A stretch of DNA of 64,000 bases from Oscillospiraceae bacterium (GTDB taxonomy: Bacteria > Bacillota > Clostridia > Oscillospirales > CAG-272), in the NCBI GenBank assembly GCA_015065295.1, contig SVQN01000002.1:37465-101464 (forward strand), read 5' to 3'. Both the position numbers and the translations under genes were made by a program. This document shows positions 9,334 through 19,245 of this stretch, in pieces. Under the pieces are notes generated by a model, which was not told the DNA's origin, made no database searches, and worked only from the letters and a program-made list of their open reading frames with translations. Numbering within the stretch: position 1 is the stretch's first letter; every line of letters begins with the position of its first letter.

Positions 9334-10287
9334 ATGAAAAAGACTCTCTCTATGCTCCTCGCAGTCGTTATGATGGCTGCTCTGGTTCTCACCTCCTGCG
9401 GCGGCGGAAACGAAAAGATCTTCCTCGCTACCGGCAGTGAAACCGGTACCTATTACTCCTTCGGCATCGCTCTCGGTCAGGTCATGAAGGACAAGATCGG
9501 TCAGGAATTCGGCGTTCAGTCCACCGGTGCTTCCAAGGCGAACATCCAGCTCGTTGCTGCAGGCGACGTTGACATGGCAATCGTTCAGAACGACGTTATG
9601 GACTATGCGTTCAACGGCACCAACACCTTCGCTGAAGAAGGCGCACTCTCCGGCTTCTCCGCAGTTGCTACCCTCTATGCGGAAGTTGTACAGATCGTTG
9701 CAAAGCCCGGCATCACCAGCGTTGCTGACCTCAAGGGCAAGACCGTTTCCGTAGGCGACGCAGGTTCCGGTACCGAATTCAATGCCGCTCAGATTTTCGA
9801 AGCATACGGCATGACCTTCGACGACATCAACAAGCAGTCCCTCGGCTTCACCGACTCTGCCGACAAGTTCAAGGACGGCCAGCTTGACGCGTTCTTCGTA
9901 ACCGCAGGCGCACCGACCACCTGCATCACCGACCTCGCTACCTCCAATGACTTCGTCATCCTCTCCATCGGCGAAACCGAAATGCAGTACCTCAAGGATA
10001 ACTACGGTTACTACACCGAATATACCCTCGCAGCAGGCACCTACGGCGAAAAGCAGCCCGAAGATGCAACCACCGTTGCAGTCAAGGCAACCCTCATCGC
10101 AGCAGACGATCTCTCCGAAGACGCTGTATACAAGGTAACCAAGGGTATTTTTGAAAACATCGACGCAATCAAGGCTACCCACGCGAAGGGTGAAGAACTC
10201 TCCGCAGACAATGGCGTTCAGGGCGTTTCCATTCCGTTCCATGCAGGTGCTGAAAAGTACTTCAAGGAAATCGGTAAGCTGAACTAA
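9334..10287 (+). CDS. TAXI family TRAP transporter solute-binding lipoprotein
   Basis: Lipobox LTSC, ATGSETGTYY, STGASKANI, GDAGSGTE, PFHAGAEKYF. Confidence 0.93.
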   Translation: MKKTLSMLLAVVMMAALVLTSCGGGNEKIFLATGSETGTYYSFGIALGQVMKDKIGQEFGVQSTGASKANIQLVAAGDVDMAIVQNDVMDYAFNGTNTFAEEGALSGFSAVATLYAEVVQIVAKPGITSVADLKGKTVSVGDAGSGTEFNAAQIFEAYGMTFDDINKQSLGFTDSADKFKDGQLDAFFVTAGAPTTCITDLATSNDFVILSIGETEMQYLKDNYGYYTEYTLAAGTYGEKQPEDATTVAVKATLIAADDLSEDAVYKVTKGIFENIDAIKATHAKGEELSADNGVQGVSIPFHAGAEKYFKEIGKLN

Positions 10288-10290
10288 GGC

Positions 10291-10797
10291 TTGAAAACAC
10301 GAACCTTCTTAACGAACAAAAAAGCAGCGGCCGCAGCGATTGTCACTGCGGCTCTGTTTGTTCTTGCAGCGGCTGTGATCCTGACCGTTTCCCTGAAAAC
10401 CAGCGGCACGCTCGTGATCCGGAATGCGGAAACCGGTAAAATCTACGCCCGGTACGACTGTCCGGACGGAACACGGTTTGAAGTGGAATTTCTCCATTCG
10501 GTGAACAAATCCCCCGTCATCGACGTGTTTGAAGCATCGGACGGTATCATCCGCGTTGCCGAAGCGCGATACTACACCTTCGGTGCGGGAATGCCGACGG
10601 AAGCCGATCAGCCGACGTGGAAATTCTCCTACGCGGACGACGGCGCGATTGTCGTCACGGGGATCACCTACACCTACGACAGCCTGAACTACATCGTCGG
10701 AACCGTCCATGACCACTATCTCACCATTCACGGTGAACGGATCAACCTCCGCGAACTCTGCGGCAGGAACGCAAAAATCGAAATCACAATTGACTAA
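10291..10797 (+). CDS. DUF1850-like protein
   Basis: FLHSVNKSPV and YYTFGAGMP motifs; usual position between TAXI and the fused permease; TTG start. Confidence 0.8.
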   Translation: MKTRTFLTNKKAAAAAIVTAALFVLAAAVILTVSLKTSGTLVIRNAETGKIYARYDCPDGTRFEVEFLHSVNKSPVIDVFEASDGIIRVAEARYYTFGAGMPTEADQPTWKFSYADDGAIVVTGITYTYDSLNYIVGTVHDHYLTIHGERINLRELCGRNAKIEITID

Positions 10798-10903
10798 GAA
10801 CTAATAACTAAGAGTGAATAACTATCTCTGAATTTCACGTCAGGCAGACAGACAAAAAGTTTTTACCGGTTATTAGTCATTCACTCTTAGCTATTAGCCC
10901 TTT
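10792..10903. repeat. Inverted heptamer arrays (family D copy 1)
   Basis: GACTAAG-AACTAAT-AACTAAG-AGTGAAT-AACTA, a spacer, then ATTAGTC-ATTCACT-CTTAGCT-ATTAGCC. Confidence 0.75.
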
Positions 10904-10917
10904 CACAGGAGTCCTCT

Positions 10918-12915
10918 ATGTCCAAGAAAACCAACACCCCCAACGATCCCGAAATCCACTCCATGACGGATCTCCTCGCCGAAGACGATTCCTTCGACGC
11001 GGATGCCCTGCTTGCCGACCTCGACAAAGAGTCGAACGTCCGCAGCTACAGCGGCACCGTCTCCAAGTGGATTCTCCGCGGCATTCTCGTTGCCCTCATC
11101 GGCTTCATTTTCTACTGCATCTACGGCTATATCGAGGAACGTGCGCGCAAGAGCCTCTTCCTCGGCATCATCATGCTCGCCGGATACCTCCTCTATCCCC
11201 CGAGCAAAAAGCACGACGTTCACCTCGTCCACATCCACTGGCAGGATGCCGCTGCTGCCGTGATCGCGTTCCTTCCTTACTTGTATTTCGCTCTGAACGT
11301 CAATGCGTTCATCGAAAAGGCGACCAAGATCACCAATCTTGACATGATTATCGCCCTCGTCGGCATCATCGCTCTGTTTGAACTGTGCCGCCGCGTGACC
11401 GGTGTTCCGATCATGGTCGTTGCGGGATGCTTCATCGCCTACATTTTCTATCACTGTATGTTCGAGCGCGGCTTTGACTTCCTCAAAACCGTCCGCACGA
11501 TCGTGTACCAGCTCTTCTACTCCAACGTTTCCATTATGGGTTCGCCGATCAGCGTCTGTGTCGGATTCATCGTCCTGTTCATCCTGTTCGGCGCATTCCT
11601 TGAAAAATCCGGCATCGGTACCTTCTTTATCGACCTCGCCAACTCCATCGCGGGTTTCTCCGCAGGCGGTCCGGCGAAGGTTGCCGTTATCTCCAGTGCC
11701 CTCGAAGGGATGTACTCCGGTTCGTCCGTTGCCAATACCGTCGGTTCCGGCTCCGTGACCATCCCCGTTATGAAGAAAGCCGGCTACCGTCCCGAGTTTG
11801 CGGCAGCCGTTGAAGCGGCAGCCTCCACGGGCGGTCAGATCATGCCTCCCATCATGGGTGCGGCGGCGTTCCTCATGGCCGAAATGACCGGCTACACCTA
11901 CCCGCAGATCGCAACGGCGGCGATTCTTCCGGCAGTCCTCTACTTCGCCGGTATCTTCCTGATGGTTCACTTTGAAGCAAAGCGCATCGGTCTGAAGGGT
12001 CTTCCGAAGGACAGCATCCCGAATTTCTTCAAGCTGATGCTCCGCAAGGGATACCTCCTTCTCCCGATCATCACCCTCGTCGGTCTGATGTCGTCCGGGA
12101 AAACCGCGTCCCTCTCCGCGTCCATTGCGATTCTCGTGTCCATCGTGGTCAGCTTCTTCGATAAGGAAACCCGCTTCACTCCCGTCAAGCTCGTGGAAAC
12201 CATCGAAACCGGCGCAAGAAACGCCATCGGTGTAACGGTTGCCTGCGGTATGGCAGGGATCGTCATCGGCGTTATCAGCTACACCGGTCTGGCAACGACC
12301 CTGTTCAACGTCATCGTTCCGATCGCACGTCAGAACGTGTTCCTTGCCCTCTTCCTGACCATGATCGCGTGCATCATCTGCGGTATGGGCGTTCCGACCA
12401 CGGCAAACTACATCCTCATGGCGACCATCACCGCCCCGATCGTTGTCGAAATGGGCATTCCGCTTCTCGCGGCACACATGTTCGTCTTCTTCTTCGGGAT
12501 CGTTGCGGATATCACCCCGCCGGTTGCCCTTGCAGCCTTCGCCGGTTCCGCAATCGCCCACTCGAACCCGTTCAAAACCGGTGTTCAGGCGACCAAACTC
12601 GCCATTGCGGCGTTTATCATTCCGTATGTCTTTGCGCTCAGCCCGGAAATTCTCTGGATTGACACGGAAGCTCTGGAAGTTGTCCGTATTGTCATCACGT
12701 CCGTCATCGGTATGGTCGGCATCTCCGCCGGTCTGGAAGGTTATCTGCTGCTTCCCGCAAAAATCTGGGAACGTGTGATCTTCGTCGCGGCAGGACTTCT
12801 GCTCGTTATCCCGAGCATCGAAACCGACATCATCGGTATCGTCCTGATGGTACTCTGCGTCGGTCTCCAGCTGATCCGGAAAGCGAGGAATTCCGCAAAA
12901 AAGAAAACCGCATAA
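10918..12915 (+). CDS. TRAP transporter fused permease (4TM/12TM)
   Basis: GGPAKVAVISS, GSSVANTV, EAAASTGGQIMPPIMGAAAF, GMGVPTTANY, ADITPPVALAA. Confidence 0.95.
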   Translation: MSKKTNTPNDPEIHSMTDLLAEDDSFDADALLADLDKESNVRSYSGTVSKWILRGILVALIGFIFYCIYGYIEERARKSLFLGIIMLAGYLLYPPSKKHDVHLVHIHWQDAAAAVIAFLPYLYFALNVNAFIEKATKITNLDMIIALVGIIALFELCRRVTGVPIMVVAGCFIAYIFYHCMFERGFDFLKTVRTIVYQLFYSNVSIMGSPISVCVGFIVLFILFGAFLEKSGIGTFFIDLANSIAGFSAGGPAKVAVISSALEGMYSGSSVANTVGSGSVTIPVMKKAGYRPEFAAAVEAAASTGGQIMPPIMGAAAFLMAEMTGYTYPQIATAAILPAVLYFAGIFLMVHFEAKRIGLKGLPKDSIPNFFKLMLRKGYLLLPIITLVGLMSSGKTASLSASIAILVSIVVSFFDKETRFTPVKLVETIETGARNAIGVTVACGMAGIVIGVISYTGLATTLFNVIVPIARQNVFLALFLTMIACIICGMGVPTTANYILMATITAPIVVEMGIPLLAAHMFVFFFGIVADITPPVALAAFAGSAIAHSNPFKTGVQATKLAIAAFIIPYVFALSPEILWIDTEALEVVRIVITSVIGMVGISAGLEGYLLLPAKIWERVIFVAAGLLLVIPSIETDIIGIVLMVLCVGLQLIRKARNSAKKKTA

Positions 12916-12931
12916 ATTTATCCTCCTATAA

Positions 12932-12979
12932 CAGAAGCACCGGAACCGGTATTCCCTCGAATGCCGTCCGGTGCTTCTG
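12932..12979. terminator. Hairpin between the convergent TRAP operon and phage remnant
   Basis: CAGAAGCACCGGA / TCCGGTGCTTCTG 13-bp stem with an inner stem; U-tracts are weak. Confidence 0.6.
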
Positions 12980-13062
12980 CCGTTCTTTCTCTCTCAGTTT
13001 CAGTATATGCTGCGGACTGCCCGTTCAGTACCGTGGTTGTATTGATTTCCCGTTTTCGGAAA

Positions 13063-14001
13063 TTACCCGATGTGCAGAACCGCACTGCCGCTCTTCTGCC
13101 CGATCTGAATCATTTTCGCCGGAACCGCTTTCCCGTTCCGTCCGACACAGACATTGGCCGCGTCGATTGTATACCACTCGCTGTACACCGGATTGGAGCG
13201 TTCGTATTTGCTTCGGGTGGAGTAGGTCTGTATGCAGAATGCAATGCTGTCCCAGTCCTGTGTAACCGTATAGGTATACGATGTGATCGGTTTCTCGATG
13301 ACCGCAAGACTGTACCAGGTTCTCTGACCGTTGACCGCATAGGTAATCCTGACCCCGCGAACCTCTGTCGCCTGTGTCGGAAACTTCCACTGCAGCGTGA
13401 ACGGCCGGTTTTTCAGAATGATCCCGCATTGGATATGATATGGGGACAGCGTATAGATCAGACTGCCGGAACAGACAAACGCGGGAGTCTCGATCTCCGC
13501 ATACGCCGCATAATTTCCGGACGCTTCTTCGCCGGTTTCATACAGCGCGACCGCAATCCGGTAATAAATTCCGTGACCATCGTCCGCGCCCTCCACGGGG
13601 TGCGAGAAAGACATCTGTTCTGTACGCCCGTCCGGTGTCAGCAGACAGCTTCTGGTATAGACCGGTTCCATGTCCGCGTTCGTCGTATGATACAGCCAGA
13701 CTCCCACCGTATAGGCGGTATATCCTTCCGGAATCCCGTCCACTGTCCACGAAACACGGGAGTTCTGCCCTTTCAGAAATCCCGGATACGGCAGAAGCGA
13801 AATCACCGGTACGGAAACACTGCCGTCGCCCTTCCATGTGATCGTATGAGTCTGTGCGGAACGTCCTTCATAGGAAATCCCCGCCGCAGAGGAAATGGTC
13901 AGCGACTGCACGCCCTCCCGGAAACTGAACAGCGCATTCAGCGGTTTGGCAAACACCGGTTCCGAAACCGCAGCAGACTCACCGTCGTAGGTAAACGTTA
14001 C
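13063..14001 (-). pseudogene. 5'-truncated beta-rich (FN3/Ig-like) protein, probably a distal phage tail/structural gene
   Basis: Open frame of ~310 codons rich in T/V/Y/W beta-strand patterns (FTLQWKFP, ITSYTYTV). No credible SD/start; the frame begins exactly where terL stops. Confidence 0.5.
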
Positions 14002-15047
14002 CGCCGCAGGCCGTTGATGAGATACTGCGCTTCGTTGTCCGCAAAGATGTACTTGATATACACCCCCGGATAATCGCGCCGCAGGCCGTCCAGAAACCGC
14101 AGGCACTCGCGGTTGATCCGTTCCGCGTCGATTTCGCCTTTTCCGCCGTCCACGGCATGGTCACGCAGAACCGTGATCCTGCCGCCGTCCAGAAACGCGC
14201 TTGCCGCAAACGTGGTTTTCGACCGGTTTCCGCCGAAGTCAATCCCGATGTTCACGAACCGTATATCCTGCGGATTCACGGAATCCACCGTGAATTCGGA
14301 CGGATTGTCCGCGAATTTCCGGTAAATCAGCCCCTCGGCGGCACACCGCTGTCCGAGGATGTCTCTCCGGTACCACACCGACGTTTTGTCGTACTGCGCC
14401 ACGATATCGTCCAGCCGGTCTTTGGTAATCACCGGATTGTCGAATATCGTGAAGTGCGCGTAGTTGTAGAAATCCTCACGAACCTCGCCGCTGTCCCGCA
14501 TCGCCGCGTATTTATCGAGATAATCCCGGTAAATCGGCGCGTTCGGCGGTCCGGGGTTGAGGTCCCAGAACACCCGCCGGTCCCGCGCGGCAAGCTGACG
14601 GTTGAACGCCTCCCGGATAATGCCGTCGTCGTGCAGGTTGATCTCCGTGGCAATCCACATTCCGTAGGAATTCCCGCGGATCTTTTTGTACGAATCGGAA
14701 TTCTTCCCGCCCGCGAAAATGATGATCCTTTCCCCGCGCTTTGTCTGCACGCGAAGTGCTTCATTGTCACGGTAACGGATCCATTTCGACCGTCCGCGGA
14801 AGATATGCTCCAGCCCGAGACCGTTGCAGTCGCCGAGATTGAGCTTCGCGTTCCCGAGCGTCGATCCGGTCGCCAGATGAAACCGGTCGGGCGAATCCTC
14901 CAGAAGCGCGGCGAACACGAAGACATTGTCCACCGTCTTTCCGGCACGCACCGCCCCTTCCGCAACGTTCACCGTCGAACGATAGGCACGCCGCATATAA
15001 TCGCAGTGCCGCCCGCCGAAGATGTACCCGTTCCCCTGCACCGTCAC
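13998..15047 (-). pseudogene. Phage terminase large subunit (PBSX-like), C-terminally truncated
   Basis: GTG start with GGAGG SD. Walker A EGAVRAGKT, IRGNSYG-WIATEIN (Walker B), DLNP coupling motif, FTIFDNP, WYRRDILG-RCAAEGLIY, nuclease GIDFGG and FADN; stops at 349 aa before the end of the nuclease domain. Confidence 0.85.
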
Positions 15048-15048
15048 G

Positions 15049-15441
15049 TCACTCACCTCCTTTCTCGTCGTTGAAAATGCTCTCGCGTAATCCCGCAAGT
15101 TCCTGATCCGCACCGGTTCCGCCGGACAGATTCTCCGGTCTGCCGCCGTTTTTCCGGTACAGGACGTCCAGATACAGCCGCATCGCCGAAACATTCCCTT
15201 CCTTCGCCAGCTTCATCAGCTCGCTCCAGACATAAGCCGCCTTCGTCTCCGCAAACCCGCGTGCCAGTGACGCCGCATACATCGGAAACTTTCCGCCGCA
15301 TACCCAGTCGATGAACTCTTCTTCCGCCACCTGACACGCCGCCAGCGCACTTTCCAGCGATTCGCCGCGTGCCATCGCGCAGACCACATCGCGCTGTTTC
15401 TGCTCCGTCGGACTTCCCGCAGATTCCTTTTCATTTTCCAT
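15049..15441 (-). CDS. Putative terminase small subunit / HTH protein
   Basis: 130 aa, helical, VWSELMKLAKEGNVSAMRLYLD motif as in TerS-like proteins; stop is 1 nt from the terL start; GGAGG SD. Confidence 0.65.
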   Translation of the reverse strand: MENEKESAGSPTEQKQRDVVCAMARGESLESALAACQVAEEEFIDWVCGGKFPMYAASLARGFAETKAAYVWSELMKLAKEGNVSAMRLYLDVLYRKNGGRPENLSGGTGADQELAGLRESIFNDEKGGE

Positions 15442-15499
15442 AGGATTCCTCCTTTCCGCCGTCCGCTTCACACCCGCTTGCCCTCGGATTTACACGAAC

Positions 15500-15579
15500 G
15501 AACTTTCGTTGTGCCAATAGTATACCACAAAAGAACCGATTTGTCGTCCCATCTTTTTCCCACTTTTTTCCCACTTTCG
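15500..15579 (-). promoter_or_regulatory. Activator-dependent late-type promoter of terS
   Basis: Extended -10 TGgTATACT (15519-15527), weak -35 ACGACA, three 11-bp direct repeats at 15547-15579, GAAC-N4-GTTG at 15500-15511. Confidence 0.6.
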
Positions 15580-15607
15580 TTCACAATTAAAAACGGGGGG
15601 TAAAATG

Positions 15608-15655
15608 CAAAAAACAGCCGTTTTTCAAGGTAAAAACCTCAAAAAACGGCTGTTT
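15608..15655 (-). terminator. Intrinsic terminator of pyk
   Basis: AAACAGCCGTTTTT / AAAAACGGCTGTTT stem followed by a T-run on the minus strand. Confidence 0.7.
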
Positions 15656-15733
15656 CCGCAAATATTGAATTTTGTATTTTCTTAATTATTTACAGCTTGG
15701 TTACAATTGTTTACCGATATGAACCTTCCCGTG

Positions 15734-17170
15734 TCAATCGTTCCCGCGAACTACTTCCACCTTCAGGATGTTCGTATTCCCGGGTGTAAGAACGGGTGTC
15801 CCGGCAGCAATGACAACCGTATCCCCCGCAGAGACAATGTCGTCCTGCTTCGCGCAGTCGATCGCATGGAGGAAGAGCTTGTCCAGCGAATCCTGCACAC
15901 GGGCAAGAACGGGATAAACGCCCCAGGAAAGCGCGAGCTGGTGCATCGTTTTAATACGCGGCGTTGCGGCAACAATAGGCTGAACGGGACGGAATTTGGA
16001 CATCCGGCGCGCGCTCTTCCCGGACGTGGTCAGCGTAATGATCGCCTTTGCCTTGATATCATTCGCGGTCGTGCAGGCGGCATCGCAGAGTGCGTTGGTG
16101 ATATCGGTATAGTCAATTTCGTAATTCATCAGACCGTAGGCGTCCATGGCGAACGCGTCCTTTTCGGCCTGCTCGGCAATTTTCGCCATCGCCCGGACAG
16201 CGCGGAGCGGATAACGTCCGACCGCGGTTTCCCCGGACAGCATAATGGCACTGGTTCCGTCGAACACGGCATTGGCAACGTCGGAGATTTCCGCACGGGT
16301 CGGCGTGGGATTCTCAATCATGGATTCGAGCATCTGGGTTGCGGTGATGACCATCTTCCCGGCCTGATAGCACTTCTTGATAAAGCGTTTCTGAAGCCCG
16401 GGAAGGCGTTCGAAGTCCACCTCAACGCCCATATCACCGCGCGCAACCATGATACCGTCGGAATACTTGAGGATTTCGTCAAAGTTTTCGATCCCCTCGT
16501 GGTTTTCAATCTTGGAAATAATGCGGATGCTGTGTCCGCCGTTGTAGTCGAGGAATTTCCGTATTCCGATCACATCCTCAGCGCGGCGCACGAACGAAGC
16601 GGCGACAAAATCGACATCCTGCTCAATGCCGAACAGCAGGTCGCTCTTGTCCTTGTCGGAAAGGTGCGGCATATCGAGGGGGACATTGGGAACATTGACG
16701 CCCTTGCCGTTCTTGATTTCCCCGCCGGCGATAACCTCGCACACGATCTCCGTCTCCGTGACCTCGCGGACGTTGAGTTCAATGATCCCGTCGTTCAGAA
16801 GGATCGCGTACCCCGGTTCGACCTGTCTCGGCAGATCCTTATAGGTAATAAAGCAGCGCGAACTGTCCCCGGGTACGTCCGGCTCGACCGTCGTAAGCGT
16901 AAACGTCGCCCCCGTCTCAAGCATCGCGGCACCCCCGCAGAAGCACCCGAGCCGAATCTCCGGTCCCTTGGTATCAAGCAGAATGGCCAGCGGCACCCCC
17001 AGTCGATCCCGCACCTCCTTGATCCTATCAATGACCTCCGCGTGTTCCTCGTGCGTCCCATGCGAGAAATTCAGTCTCGCCACGTTCATCCCCGCCCGCA
17101 CCATCTTCTCGATCATCTCGCTCGAGTTCGACGCAGGGCCGAGGGTACATACAATTTTCGTCTTCAGCAT
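15734..17170 (-). CDS. pyk: Pyruvate kinase
   Basis: KTKIVCTLGPAS, ARLNFSHG, LDTKGPEIR, MVARGDMGVE, ATQMLESM, PTRAE, MLSGETA; start moved to ATG 17170. Confidence 0.98.
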   Translation of the reverse strand: MLKTKIVCTLGPASNSSEMIEKMVRAGMNVARLNFSHGTHEEHAEVIDRIKEVRDRLGVPLAILLDTKGPEIRLGCFCGGAAMLETGATFTLTTVEPDVPGDSSRCFITYKDLPRQVEPGYAILLNDGIIELNVREVTETEIVCEVIAGGEIKNGKGVNVPNVPLDMPHLSDKDKSDLLFGIEQDVDFVAASFVRRAEDVIGIRKFLDYNGGHSIRIISKIENHEGIENFDEILKYSDGIMVARGDMGVEVDFERLPGLQKRFIKKCYQAGKMVITATQMLESMIENPTPTRAEISDVANAVFDGTSAIMLSGETAVGRYPLRAVRAMAKIAEQAEKDAFAMDAYGLMNYEIDYTDITNALCDAACTTANDIKAKAIITLTTSGKSARRMSKFRPVQPIVAATPRIKTMHQLALSWGVYPVLARVQDSLDKLFLHAIDCAKQDDIVSAGDTVVIAAGTPVLTPGNTNILKVEVVRGND

Positions 17171-17407
17171 TGCTGGGTTCTCCTTCCTCTGTTTCTGATT
17201 CTTTTCTACATTATAACATGGATACAGGGGAAGTGCAAGGGGGGACGTGTCAAGTTCCGCATTTTGCATATTCCGTACACAAAAATCAACTGACGCAACT
17301 ACCAGTAGAATTTACTCAAAAACCGCGTTGTTGATTTTCGGCGGATTTGTGATAAAATAAAGTCAGTCAAAACGTTTTGAACTTACTTTCAATCAAGGAG
17401 AACAACA

Positions 17408-18415
17408 ATGAATCTCGGAAACAGAATCCGCGAACTGCGGAAGAAAAAGGGACTGACGCAGGAACAGCTTGCAAACGCACTCGGGCTGTCCCCGCAGGCC
17501 GTGTCCAAATGGGAAATCGAAGCGTCGTACCCGGACATGACGCTCATTCCCGTTCTTGCGAACTTTTTTGATGTGAGTCTTGACGCGCTGTTCGATTTCG
17601 ATATCACGAAAAAACAGCAGAGAATCGACGAAATCATGGAGGAAGCCGGACGGTATTTCTGGGGAAACCTCGAAAAAGCCGAGGAAATCTATCAGAAAGG
17701 GCTGGAGGATTATCCCGATTCCGATAAAATCAAGGCAGAACTGCTGTCTCTGTACGAATGCCACATGAGGTCGTTCGGACGGATGGAACTGGCAGAACGC
17801 GCGGTCGCCATTGCCGGACGGCTGATCGCAGAATCCGCCGACCTGTTTGCCGTGTGCAGTGCAAAAAATTCGCTCGCGTCGATCTATAAGATGCAGGATC
17901 GGTATGCGGAGGCGAAGGCGGTCGTGGACAGTCTGCCGTATATGTACCCGTCCCAGCTCAACGACAAAATGCGATGTACGGCGTATCTGCTGCGCGGCGA
18001 AGACCGTCTGGCGGAGGTGAAGGACTGGAGGATCATCGAATGGCAGGAGCTGTTCATTGCGTGTGATCTGGAAGGATTGGGCTACTGGGAAACCGGCGAT
18101 TACGAAAACGCGCTGAAATCCTTCCGGGAAGCGGCGGATGTGGTCGAACGGTTCCTGAAGGGAGACAAAATCTGCTATGATGCGTACCCGATCGGCGGGT
18201 CGCAGACGAATCACATGTGTATGTATCTCGAAATGGCGGGATGCCTGCTGAAACTCGGCCGCACAGACGAATGCGGGAAGGCAATCGACCGGGCGTATGA
18301 CATCATCTCCCACGCATGGGACGACGATTTTGAAGCGCAGTACGACGATATCATGGCGCAGTACCGCAAAACCTATAAGGAATTCGGACTGGATGAATAC
18401 AGGGAATGTCCGTAA
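17408..18415 (+). CDS. XRE-family HTH regulator with C-terminal TPR-like helices
   Basis: IRELRKKKGLTQEQLA..SPQAVSKWE..YPD..LANFFDVSLDAL, followed by TPR-like repeats. Confidence 0.88.
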   Translation: MNLGNRIRELRKKKGLTQEQLANALGLSPQAVSKWEIEASYPDMTLIPVLANFFDVSLDALFDFDITKKQQRIDEIMEEAGRYFWGNLEKAEEIYQKGLEDYPDSDKIKAELLSLYECHMRSFGRMELAERAVAIAGRLIAESADLFAVCSAKNSLASIYKMQDRYAEAKAVVDSLPYMYPSQLNDKMRCTAYLLRGEDRLAEVKDWRIIEWQELFIACDLEGLGYWETGDYENALKSFREAADVVERFLKGDKICYDAYPIGGSQTNHMCMYLEMAGCLLKLGRTDECGKAIDRAYDIISHAWDDDFEAQYDDIMAQYRKTYKEFGLDEYRECP

Positions 18416-18420
18416 CACAA

Positions 18421-18458
18421 AACGTCCGTGCAGATCACAATCGGTCTGCACGGACGTT
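18421..18458. terminator. Bidirectional terminator hairpin
   Basis: AACGTCCGTGCAGA / TCTGCACGGACGTT between convergent genes. Confidence 0.75.
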
Positions 18459-18461
18459 AGT

Positions 18462-18869
18462 TCAGATTCGATCAAACAGTTCGGATGGTTTGATCGCCGG
18501 AACGGGGCTGTTCCGGAAATCTTTGATATTTCGGGTTACGATATAACTTGCCTTTGCTCTCGATGCACAGACGGCTTGCAGCGCGTCTTCATAATCAGAA
18601 AACTCGAGTTCTGCTGCCCGGAGCAAATCGGATTCCCGAAGTTCCACGACATGGAAAATGGCGGTAAGCGTGGTCAGAATTTCTTTGATACGGGCGTTAT
18701 CGAGTTCTTTCCGCATGATGTAGACGATATTTGGAATAGACAGTGCAGAAATGTATCCGGTGATCTGTTCGGCTTCACAGAGACGGAACACTTTCAGAGA
18801 ATCTTCAACAAAGTCCGCACGATTACAAAGAACATCCAGAATAACGTTTGTATCAATCAGAATATTCAT
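18462..18869 (-). CDS. PIN-domain (VapC-like) toxin
   Basis: ILIDTNVILD, DYEDALQ, IVTRNIKDF; overlaps the antitoxin by 17 nt. Confidence 0.9.
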   Translation of the reverse strand: MNILIDTNVILDVLCNRADFVEDSLKVFRLCEAEQITGYISALSIPNIVYIMRKELDNARIKEILTTLTAIFHVVELRESDLLRAAELEFSDYEDALQAVCASRAKASYIVTRNIKDFRNSPVPAIKPSELFDRI

Positions 18870-19086
18870 GACGCGCCAGCCTTTCTGCACGAGCTTTCTT
18901 TTCATCGATATCGGAAGAAAGAACGCCTACAAGACTGTCTGAAAGGAAGGAAACGGTTTGTTTTTTTGAAATCAAACGGGCAACTTCGGAACCGTTTTTC
19001 AGAATTACGATTTCCTGCCCTTCCTGAACCATTTTTAAGAATTTCCCGAAATTATTCTGGAGTTCGGTTGCGGTGACGGTAGTCAT
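18853..19086 (-). CDS. Phd/YefM family antitoxin
   Basis: TVTATELQNNFGKFL..V..GQEIVILKNG..VARL; upstream of the PIN gene. Confidence 0.9.
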   Translation of the reverse strand: MTTVTATELQNNFGKFLKMVQEGQEIVILKNGSEVARLISKKQTVSFLSDSLVGVLSSDIDEKKARAERLARHEYSD

Positions 19087-19124
19087 TGGATTTCATTCCT
19101 CCTGAAAACATTCTTTACAGTTAC

Positions 19125-19175
19125 AGTATATCACAAGATCGCTATTTTGTCAATGCACCGAAATAGCGATCTTGT
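19125..19175 (-). promoter_or_regulatory. TA promoter with palindromic operator
   Basis: TTGACA (19148-19153) and TATACT (~19125-19130) overlapped by the inverted repeat ACAAGATCGCTATTT / AAATAGCGATCTTGT. Confidence 0.7.
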
Positions 19176-19187
19176 TTTTTCTTGTTC

Positions 19188-19245
19188 AAAAGGTTTTGGA
19201 AAGAGGTGTGGGGAAAACCTTTTCCTTAAAAAGGTTTTCCCCACA
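19188..19245 (+). repeat. REP-like hairpin, family A copy 3
   Basis: AAAAGGTTTTGGAAAGAGGTGTGGGGAAAACCTTTTCCTTAAAAAGGTTTTCCCCACA. Confidence 0.85.

Noticed and set aside
13990-14010. Programmed -1 frameshift fusing TerL to the downstream ORF
   Set aside because: No slippery heptamer, and TerL breaks mid-domain; deletion or misassembly is simpler
17408-18415. XRE-TPR gene as repressor of the phage remnant
   Set aside because: Separated from it by pyk, and this architecture is a common stand-alone clostridial regulator; no supporting evidence
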